Under the pieces are notes generated by a model, which worked only from the letters and a program-made list of their open reading frames with translations, was not told the DNA's origin and ran no database searches. Below, in pieces: positions 28,403 through 35,961 of a DNA stretch of 64,000 bases. The DNA is from Pseudobdellovibrionaceae bacterium (GTDB lineage Bacteria; Bdellovibrionota; Bdellovibrionia; Bdellovibrionales; Bdellovibrionaceae), in assembly GCA_039810425.1 (NCBI GenBank), contig JBDHWW010000006.1:25800-89799 (forward strand), given 5' to 3'. Both the position numbers and the translations under genes were made by a program. Positions within the stretch are counted from its first letter, which is position 1, and the number at the start of each line of letters is the position of its first letter.

Positions 28403-30352
28403 ATGATTGAAATCCGCAACGTCACTAAATCTTATCAGATGGGTGAGACCCGTGTGGATGCCTTAAAAGGTGTCAGCCTGACTATTGAAGACGGTGACTT
28501 TGTGGCGATCATGGGACCGTCGGGTTCCGGGAAGTCGACTTTGATGCATATTCTGGGGCTTTTAGATGTGCCAAGCCAAGGCGGCTACAAGCTGCACGGC
28601 CGCGAAGTTTCAAACCTTTCGGAAGATGAGTTGGCGATTCTTCGCCGGGATGAAATTGGTTTTATCTTTCAGCAGTTTAATTTGCTGCCAAGAATGGCGG
28701 CCTGGCAAAATGTTTCACTGCCTTTGCTATACTCCGAGAAGAGTCTTAACTTTGAAAAAGCCCAGGTCTTGCTTGAAAAAGTAGGATTGGGCACACGGAG
28801 TGATCACAAACCCAACGAGCTTTCCGGCGGCCAGCAACAGCGCGTCGCTATCGCGAGATCGCTGGTTAATTCCCCCAAAATCATTTTTGCCGATGAACCG
28901 ACGGGGAATCTCGATTCTAAGAGTGAAAAAGAGATCATGGAGGTTCTAAAAAAGCTGAACGCGCAGGGAATCACCGTGGTCGTCGTGACTCATGAAGAAG
29001 AAATCGGTGAGCAAGCAAAACGCCTTATTCGCATGCGCGATGGCGTGGTGCAATCGGATGAGCGTAGAGAACCGCTCCCGCAGGGGGGAGTAAAGCATGA
29101 GTCGCAACAAATTCTTTCCGCCCGTCTTCGCTTGGGCGAAATTATTGAGCACTTTCATCAAGGTTATAAGACATTGGCGGCTAACAAAATCCGCTCAGGT
29201 TTGTCCATGCTGGGGATTTTAATCGGTGTCGCTGCGGTGGTGACGATGCTGGCTCTGGGGCACGGCGCTCAGCAGGCGATTGAAAACCAGTTGGCTTCGA
29301 TGGGATCGAATTTATTGATTCTCCGTGCAGGGAATGTGCGCGTTGCGGGTGTCGCGCAGGAGTCGGGCGTGCGGATCCGCATCACCACCGATGATGTCGC
29401 CGCACTTAAAAACGAAGTCTCGGGTGTCAAAGATGTGGTGCCGACGGTGCAGGGCCGCGGTCAGGTGACGTACTTGAATAAAAACTGGAACACCACGCTG
29501 ATGGGGGTTTCAAACTCCTTTGAACATGTGCGTTCATCGACGCCCGTAGTGGGTCGATTCTTTTCGGAAGCTGAAAATCAAAGACGAGCCCTTGTCGCCT
29601 TGATCGGGCAAACCGTGGCGCGGGAACTTTTTGGTGAAAAGTCTCCGGTTGGCGAGACGGTTAAAATTAATAAAATCAATTTCAATATCATCGGCTTGCT
29701 GCCGGAAAAGGGCGCGGCGGGTCCGCAGGATCAAGATGACCGCATTGTGATTCCGGTACAGACGGCAATGTACCGCGTGTTTGGCCGGGACTATGTTGAT
29801 TCTGTGGATATTGAAGTGACGGGGGCAGATCGATTGGACGAAGCCCAGGATTCGATTAAAGAAGTTTTGAATAAACGCCATCGCGTGCCGATTTCAGCTC
29901 AAGACGATGCCTTTCAGATTTTCAATATGGCGGATCTTCAGGCGGCCTTGTCCGCAAGTAGCAAAACCATGGCGATGTTGCTGTCGTCGATTGCGGCGAT
30001 TTCGCTCCTTGTGGGGGGAATCGGGATTATGAATATTATGTTGGTGTCCGTGACCGAGCGGACACGGGAAATCGGTCTGCGCAAGGCAATTGGCGGGCGC
30101 AAGATTGATATTCTCATGCAATTCTTGGCGGAATCAGTGGTGGTGAGCGCGATAGGGGGCAGCGTCGGGATTCTGCTTGCGTGGGGGGTGACCGTGGTGC
30201 TCACGCAAACGATCGGTTGGACGATGAGCATCTCTCTGGATTCCATCCTGCTATCCTTCTTTTTCTCTGCGTTTATTGGCATTGTTTTCGGTCTGTATCC
30301 AGCAAAGAAAGCCTCGGAGTTGCATCCTATCGAAGCACTTCGCTATGAATAG
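28403..30352 (+). CDS. macB: MacB-type ABC transporter (ATPase-permease fusion)
   Basis: GPSGSGKS, LSGGQQQR, ADEPTGNLD, GGIGIMNIMLVSVTERTREIG and PIEALRYE. Confidence 0.93.
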   Translation: MIEIRNVTKSYQMGETRVDALKGVSLTIEDGDFVAIMGPSGSGKSTLMHILGLLDVPSQGGYKLHGREVSNLSEDELAILRRDEIGFIFQQFNLLPRMAAWQNVSLPLLYSEKSLNFEKAQVLLEKVGLGTRSDHKPNELSGGQQQRVAIARSLVNSPKIIFADEPTGNLDSKSEKEIMEVLKKLNAQGITVVVVTHEEEIGEQAKRLIRMRDGVVQSDERREPLPQGGVKHESQQILSARLRLGEIIEHFHQGYKTLAANKIRSGLSMLGILIGVAAVVTMLALGHGAQQAIENQLASMGSNLLILRAGNVRVAGVAQESGVRIRITTDDVAALKNEVSGVKDVVPTVQGRGQVTYLNKNWNTTLMGVSNSFEHVRSSTPVVGRFFSEAENQRRALVALIGQTVARELFGEKSPVGETVKINKINFNIIGLLPEKGAAGPQDQDDRIVIPVQTAMYRVFGRDYVDSVDIEVTGADRLDEAQDSIKEVLNKRHRVPISAQDDAFQIFNMADLQAALSASSKTMAMLLSSIAAISLLVGGIGIMNIMLVSVTERTREIGLRKAIGGRKIDILMQFLAESVVVSAIGGSVGILLAWGVTVVLTQTIGWTMSISLDSILLSFFFSAFIGIVFGLYPAKKASELHPIEALRYE

Positions 30353-30535
30353 CCTGGGTCTCGTTCTGAGACGATCCACGAACAGTACATATTGGCACGA
30401 CTGTTAGCGATAAACGGCACTGTCTCACTCTGGGCCGTGCCAGCTGTCACCTATTCGTTACGACCGTGCCAAGGGCGGCGTAGTTCTTGTAATAACTCAA
30501 AGTATAGAGATTTTAAAATTAACAAAGAGGTTAAT

Positions 30536-31048
30536 ATGAAGAACAAAATATTCACACTTATGCTGATCGTATGCTCTTCGTTATTCTTAGTGAACTGCGC
30601 GAAAAACAATGGCAGTAATGCCAACAATAATAACGGAGTCACGGCTTATGGGACTTGCAGCACAGCTGGCTATGTCTATACATCCCAAGGTTGTTTGCCG
30701 CAGGGTTCATGTCCGGTAAATTATGGCTATATTAATGGTCAATGTCTTCCGGCAACGGCAACAAATGGTGCCTACGGCGGCTCTTGCCAAGCGGGCTACG
30801 TAATGACTCAATACGGTTGCGGTCAGCAAACAACAATGTGCGGTGCTAACTATATGTCTTACGGCTACGTCAACGGTCAGTGTTACCCAGTTACTTACTC
30901 AGGCACGACGGGACAAACTTGCCAAGCGGGCTACGTAGGAACAGTGATGGGTTGCTTGCCACAGGGTTCTTGCCAAGTTGGTTATGGCTACTACTACGGT
31001 TCATACAACGGTCAAGTGGGCGGTTGGTGTTACCAACGTACTTACTAA
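30536..31048 (+). CDS. Cys/Gly/Tyr-rich repeat lipoprotein (three 4-Cys modules)
   Basis: AAGAGG RBS; lipobox LVNC; Asn-rich linker; three C..(A)GYV.T..GC..Q..C...YGY.NG.C-like repeats. Confidence 0.8.
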   Translation: MKNKIFTLMLIVCSSLFLVNCAKNNGSNANNNNGVTAYGTCSTAGYVYTSQGCLPQGSCPVNYGYINGQCLPATATNGAYGGSCQAGYVMTQYGCGQQTTMCGANYMSYGYVNGQCYPVTYSGTTGQTCQAGYVGTVMGCLPQGSCQVGYGYYYGSYNGQVGGWCYQRTY

Positions 31049-31107
31049 GATAAGTACGAGCGGTTGCACGAAGGGCCACGGGATGTGGCTGATTTAGAGG
31101 AAATTAA

Positions 31108-31136
31108 AAAGGCCCAGCTTCATCAGCTGGGCCTTT
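31108..31136. terminator. Bidirectional intrinsic terminator between convergent genes
   Basis: AAAGGCCCAGCT-TCATC-AGCTGGGCCTTT flanked by A/T runs. Confidence 0.8.
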
Positions 31137-31141
31137 CGTTT

Positions 31142-31417
31142 TTATTGAACGCCCTGGGATTGCGGAGGTCGGGGAGGACGGTGACCGAAATCATGGGGAG
31201 GGGTGAGCCCTTTAGATTTCAAGCACGCATCCATTTTGCTTTTCATCGTCTCGTCAGGCCTTTGTGGTTTCTGGCCTGCTTCGGGTTTGGGTAAACCGAC
31301 TTGATCGGCACACTCCTTAAATATCTTGCGTCGTTCTTCTTGGTTTTTTTCTGCATGCACGGTTAAAGCCGAGGCTTGCACCAACACGAGCAGAATCAAA
31401 GACATTTTGAGTTTCAT
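31142..31417 (-). CDS. Small secreted helical protein with a Cys pair and Pro-rich tail
   Basis: AAGGAG RBS; signal peptide ending VHA; ECAD...DACL; GHRPPRPP. Confidence 0.7.
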   Translation of the reverse strand: MKLKMSLILLVLVQASALTVHAEKNQEERRKIFKECADQVGLPKPEAGQKPQRPDETMKSKMDACLKSKGLTPPHDFGHRPPRPPQSQGVQ

Positions 31418-31725
31418 GGAATTCTCCTTAGTAAGGTTGTTTGGGTGATACTTCCTTATTGTAGGAAAACTCTATGGAACTATGATGGACACCGTCCCAC
31501 ATTAGGACGTGCCATGGTTTTAGTGGGTTGTTTCCACAAAGACCACGGCGGGTGTGACTGACAAAACAACCAGAAAACTTTTGGCTAAAAAGTGCATGCA
31601 TCCTCCATTTTGGCTATAAAACGAAATTCTTTGGGAGATTGCAAACGGGGTCAATTCGCTTTCGGTGCCGGGAGTTGGAAGATTTAGTCGCAGGGGTTGC
31701 CAGGGATGGTTTTTTTCCGCCAGGC

Positions 31726-32094
31726 CTATCCCAGCGATGCCGGGTAAGAGCATTCCGTCGCAGGGGTTTCAGCCACCGTCACGCGATTCAGAGTCGGAAG
31801 CACGGCGCGGGCCTGATCATAAAGCCATTTCGCCAAGTACTCGGAAGTTGGATTTTCAAGGCCGGGAACTTCATTGAGCACGCGATGGTCAATCCTATCC
31901 AAAATCGGTTTCATACGCTCCTGGATCTCGTTATAATCAATCACCCAACCGACCACGGGATCAAGGCTTCCCACGAGAGTCAGAATGATCTTAAAGCTGT
32001 GCCCGTGCATTCGAGAGCAAGGGTGAGATTTTTCAAGCTTTGGTAAAAAGCGCGCGGATTCGATTTGAAAGTGCTGTTTGAGTTCGAATTTCAT
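31726..32094 (-). CDS. queD: 6-carboxytetrahydropterin synthase QueD-like (PTPS-I)
   Basis: C-x3-HGH (CSRMHGH), DHRVLN, LENPTSE and VAET motifs. Confidence 0.85.
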   Translation of the reverse strand: MKFELKQHFQIESARFLPKLEKSHPCSRMHGHSFKIILTLVGSLDPVVGWVIDYNEIQERMKPILDRIDHRVLNEVPGLENPTSEYLAKWLYDQARAVLPTLNRVTVAETPATECSYPASLG

Positions 32095-32103
32095 GCTATA
32101 GAG

Positions 32104-32132
32104 ATCATACTATGACTGAAACCAGCTTACAA
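32104..32132 (-). promoter_or_regulatory. Putative sigma-70 promoter for queD, overlapping the divergent gene start
   Basis: Minus strand TTGTAA-N17-TATGAT, 9 nt before the queD ATG. Confidence 0.5.
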
Positions 32133-32600
32133 TTGGCAAAGCAAAATTTTAAATTTTCAAGCGCTCACTTCTTGATCTTTGATGACCACTCCGCAGAACG
32201 CTTGCACGGCCACAATTACCAGGTCCGAGTTGAAATCGGTATTCCAGATCAGGATGCAATGAAGGCAACAGGCTTTTTCGTCGATTTCAATGTGTTTAAG
32301 AAGTACATTAAGTCCACCCTCGATCGCTGGGATGAGAGGGTGATATTGCCCAAAAACCATAAGGATATGAAGTTCCACACCCGAGGAACCAGTCTCGAAG
32401 TGACCTTCCGTGACCGTTTTTACATCTTTCCAGCAAGCGAAGTCGTGTTATTGCCTGTGGCGAATACGAGCGTGGAACAGCTGTCCCATTTGCTTGCAGA
32501 GGATTTCATGCGTGAATTTAAAGCCCACAAGGTGAGCTTCGTTAGTGTCTACGTGGAAGAGACAACGGGGCAGGGGGCAACCACGAAGGTGACTGCGTAA
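32112..32600 (+). CDS. PTPS paralog, PTPS-III type (E-x2-HGH)
   Basis: FSSAHF, ERLHGHNY, VDF, NTSVE and VEET; longer than canonical QueD. Confidence 0.8.
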   Translation: MTETSLQLAKQNFKFSSAHFLIFDDHSAERLHGHNYQVRVEIGIPDQDAMKATGFFVDFNVFKKYIKSTLDRWDERVILPKNHKDMKFHTRGTSLEVTFRDRFYIFPASEVVLLPVANTSVEQLSHLLAEDFMREFKAHKVSFVSVYVEETTGQGATTKVTA

Positions 32601-33618
32601 TCTCCCAAGGATTGAGTTCACGCACGGCACGGTAGTTCCAAAAGCAAATCGTGCCGCCGGTTTCAAGCATCCAGGCGTTGAGTCTTTCCTCAACGATCTG
32701 CGGAGTTCCGTTGCAGCTGATATGGGCAAAGTCGGCGTAGTTCTGTGCTTCCGCCACTTGCCACGACCACGGCGTCTTATGAAGCGAAGAAAGATCGCGG
32801 TTTAAACCCGATGTCGTTTTTTCAATTCTTGCCACCAGCAGCCGGGCGGAGTTTGGATCATGGATTTGATCCAGCGTCTGTTGAATCATGAGCGGAGTCT
32901 CCATCGGCACGACAAAGGTTTCAGTTGTATCCGGATAGAGCGAGGCAAAGAGGAAATATCTCTTTTGGGCAATCTGGTTGAGCTGTAGAGTTTCGTCCTG
33001 CAGCGGGATTTCCTGAGACAGATCGCTTAAGACTTTTCCAGCCCAACGACCCTTCCCGTGAATCGTGACGGTGCGAGTGCCGTAGGGTAGATTCAGCAAC
33101 TGCGTCTGGTTTTTAAACTCCGCCGACAGCGTGAGTAGCTGTGTTCCCAGGGGACCCCAGGCATTTTCATAGGTGACCTCCAGAGTGTTATCCTGTTGCG
33201 AGAGGTTCGTGAAGTTCAGGTTTAAGAGCGTGTCTTCTTTACCGACAACGAGACTCTTCCAAGGCGAGGTTTGCTTTTCAAGAGCCCATTCGAGTGTGCT
33301 GTCTTTGCAACGGGCTGAAAAGTTCAGACCGGAAACCTGCGTCTTCATGGCGAGGGCTGTTTCACGGGCGTGAAAGTAGTCGGACAGGGGCAGGCTCAGC
33401 TTGCCGCGGGCTTTGATTTCGCCATAGGCCTCGTCAAAGGGGGTCTTTCCGAGGTGCTGGAACCAAAACGATTGAACCTCAGAGGTGGTGTTTTCTACCT
33501 GTAGGTAAGTGTTTTCCGCCGCACAGAGTAGAGGAGAATAGTAATTCTCGGCATGGGAAACAGAGCTGAAAAAGGCACCTAAAAGGAGGCAGTGGCCGAA
33601 CCAAAGAAGTGGTTTCAT
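32542..33618 (-). CDS. Secreted protein with a C-terminal BP74-like domain
   Basis: Signal peptide ending SHA; C-terminal PWSW..FAHISCNGTP..VEE...ICFW..R.VREL. Confidence 0.65.
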   Translation of the reverse strand: MKPLLWFGHCLLLGAFFSSVSHAENYYSPLLCAAENTYLQVENTTSEVQSFWFQHLGKTPFDEAYGEIKARGKLSLPLSDYFHARETALAMKTQVSGLNFSARCKDSTLEWALEKQTSPWKSLVVGKEDTLLNLNFTNLSQQDNTLEVTYENAWGPLGTQLLTLSAEFKNQTQLLNLPYGTRTVTIHGKGRWAGKVLSDLSQEIPLQDETLQLNQIAQKRYFLFASLYPDTTETFVVPMETPLMIQQTLDQIHDPNSARLLVARIEKTTSGLNRDLSSLHKTPWSWQVAEAQNYADFAHISCNGTPQIVEERLNAWMLETGGTICFWNYRAVRELNPWEITQSPSWLPPAPLSLPRRH

Positions 33619-33625
33619 GCCTTTC

Positions 33626-33652
33626 AGATCGGTTTTTGGTCGCGAAACTGAA
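33626..33652 (-). promoter_or_regulatory. Putative sigma-28 promoter
   Basis: Minus strand TTCAG-N14-ACCGATCT, 7 nt before ATG 33618. Confidence 0.45.
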
Positions 33653-33794
33653 ACTTTAGCCGAGTGTCAGAAAAGAACTGGCTTAAGGCCTTGCTCTTGA
33701 GGGAATCCTTGCACCCATTCTCAGTAGGTTTTCAAGTAGCCGTTCCTTCCCAAAATGCCTTATCAAGTCGCAGTCCAGGGGCTAACACAGATAA

Positions 33795-34034
33795 ATGATG
33801 ACTCTTCTCAATTACGCCGAAAAACACCCTCTCGCAGAAAACCTGGAAGTCCTTGGGATTCGGGGAGAGCCCGCCATTTGTGAGCGTCTCCAGGAAATGG
33901 GGCTTCATAAGGGGCTTAAAATTCAACTTCTGGGCCGTGCGCCGCTCAAGGGCCCGCTTCTTATTCAGTTCGGCACAAGTTTCATCGCTCTACGCGCAGA
34001 GGAGGCCGCATGTACTTTGATTCAGGCTCAGTAA
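33795..34034 (+). CDS. feoA: Ferrous iron transport protein A
   Basis: RLQEMGL, RAPLKGP and ALRAEEA; directly before feoB. Confidence 0.9.
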   Translation: MMTLLNYAEKHPLAENLEVLGIRGEPAICERLQEMGLHKGLKIQLLGRAPLKGPLLIQFGTSFIALRAEEAACTLIQAQ

Positions 34035-35932
34035 AGGCGCTATCCGTGGCCCTGGTTGGGGCCCCGAACTCTGGCAAGACGACGCTATACAACTGGCTCA
34101 CGGGTTCGAATTTTAAAACCGTGAACTATCCCGGCGCGACGGTTGAGTACTCTCTGGGGCGCTTGGCTCCGCATTTGCGTGTTGTTGAAGATGAAAAACT
34201 TCTCGTGATGGATACGCCGGGTACTTACAGCCTCCATCCCAAAAGCGCAGATGAAGAAGTGACGCTGAAAGCGATTTACAAAAATCCTGAGCTCGGCCGT
34301 GTTGACTACCTCGTCGTAGTGGTCGATGGAACTCAGTTGTCGCGCCATCTTCAACTGGTTCAGCAAGTGAAAGAGACAGGATTCCCGTTTGTCGTGGCGT
34401 TTACGATGGCGGACCTGATGCGTAGGCAGGGGATTCGACCTTCGCTGGAGCTTCTTGAAAAAGAATTCGGCTGCAAAGTCGTTCCTTTTGAAGGACTTCT
34501 GGGCGGCGGCTTAAAAGATCTTGTGACCGCGTTACGCGCGCTGAAGCCCTCGGCAAAAGTTCAAGATCCCGTGGTTTGGGACTTTGAGCAAAAAGAACAG
34601 AAAATACGTGAGTGTGAAGCGCTCGCGGGCCGCGTTCTGCATGAGAATGATAAAGCCGCGAAGGAAAAAATCCAGGGTCTTGCCAAAAACACACGCCGCT
34701 TGGATCAGGTCTTGTTGCATCCGGTATTGGGTTTGTTTTTGTTTGTAGTCATTATGGGTGCGCTCTTTACCAGTATTTTTTGGGTGGCAGCGCCTTTGAT
34801 GGATCTCGTGGACGGCGCCTTTAGCGCACTTGGAAACTTCGTGCACGCGTTTGATGATAAAGCCTTGTGGACCGACTTTCTGGCAAATGGCGTGATTGCA
34901 AGTTTTGGCGCGGTCTTAGTTTTCGTGCCGCAAATTTTCATTCTGTTCTTGGGTATCAGTATTTTAGAAAGCACGGGCTATTTGGCGCGGGCGGCGACGT
35001 TGATTGACCGCCCGTTTTCAATGCTGGGAATGAGCGGACGTTCCTTTGTTCCGATCTTGTCAGGTTTTGCCTGCGCGGTGCCGGCGATGATTGCGACGAG
35101 AAATATTTCCTCGACGCGCGATCGCTGGATCACAAACTTCATCGTGCCTTTGATGACGTGTTCAGCGCGCTTGCCGGTGTATGCACTTTTTTTAGCCTTC
35201 CTGTTCAAGGATCAGCCGGCGTGGAAGGCCGGAGTCGCCATGGCGATTCTCTATTTTGCGGCGGCGCTGGTCGGTGCCTTTGCGGCAGGCATGATCAATA
35301 GGTTCTTGCCGCAGGGACAGAGTGCTTTTTTTATGATGGAATTGCCGTTGTACCGTCGCCCGCGCGTGAGGGTCCTTCTTCGCCAGGCGTTGACTCGGAC
35401 TTTGTCTTACGTTAAGCGCGCGGGACCGCCGATCTTTATTTTTGCGGCGATCATGTGGGCGGCAACGACCTTCCCGCACTACAATATGGAAGATGCTCAA
35501 CAAAAACTGGAACAGAGCTATGCTGGACACGTTGGTCACCTGATCGAGCCGATTGTGCATCCTATGGGCGTTGACTGGCGCGTCGGCGTTGGCTTGATTT
35601 CCGCGTTTGCGGCCCGTGAAGTGTTTGTTTCCTCTTTGGCAGTGACCTTTAACATCACCGACGACAATGCGGATTCGGCCCAGCAAAGCTTGCTCACGCA
35701 GATGCAGACGGCGGTGAATTCGCAAGGGGAAAAAGTCTTTACTATTGCCAGCGTCGTGGGGCTTTTGATTTTCTTCATGATTGCGCTTCAGTGCATGTCG
35801 ACCTTTGCTGTTTCCGCACGTGAGATGGGGTCGTTTAAGTTTGCGCTGACGCAACTTTTGGCATTTAATATTATTGCCTATGCACTGGCCGTCGCCGCCT
35901 ATCAAGGTTTGAAAGCCATGGGACTTGGATAA
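34010..35932 (+). CDS. feoB: Ferrous iron transport protein B
   Basis: GAPNSGKT, NYPGATVE, DTPGTYSL, GFACAVP, MTCSARLPVY and MELP.YR.P motifs. Confidence 0.96.
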   Translation: MYFDSGSVKALSVALVGAPNSGKTTLYNWLTGSNFKTVNYPGATVEYSLGRLAPHLRVVEDEKLLVMDTPGTYSLHPKSADEEVTLKAIYKNPELGRVDYLVVVVDGTQLSRHLQLVQQVKETGFPFVVAFTMADLMRRQGIRPSLELLEKEFGCKVVPFEGLLGGGLKDLVTALRALKPSAKVQDPVVWDFEQKEQKIRECEALAGRVLHENDKAAKEKIQGLAKNTRRLDQVLLHPVLGLFLFVVIMGALFTSIFWVAAPLMDLVDGAFSALGNFVHAFDDKALWTDFLANGVIASFGAVLVFVPQIFILFLGISILESTGYLARAATLIDRPFSMLGMSGRSFVPILSGFACAVPAMIATRNISSTRDRWITNFIVPLMTCSARLPVYALFLAFLFKDQPAWKAGVAMAILYFAAALVGAFAAGMINRFLPQGQSAFFMMELPLYRRPRVRVLLRQALTRTLSYVKRAGPPIFIFAAIMWAATTFPHYNMEDAQQKLEQSYAGHVGHLIEPIVHPMGVDWRVGVGLISAFAAREVFVSSLAVTFNITDDNADSAQQSLLTQMQTAVNSQGEKVFTIASVVGLLIFFMIALQCMSTFAVSAREMGSFKFALTQLLAFNIIAYALAVAAYQGLKAMGLG

Positions 35933-35961
35933 ACTCTGAATGGGTATGAAAGCGCTTTTTG

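Noticed and set aside
30392..30408. Sigma-54 promoter (TTGGCACG)
   Set aside because: The GC dinucleotide is 11 nt rather than 10 nt from the GG on the plus strand, and the reverse copies lack a -12 element.
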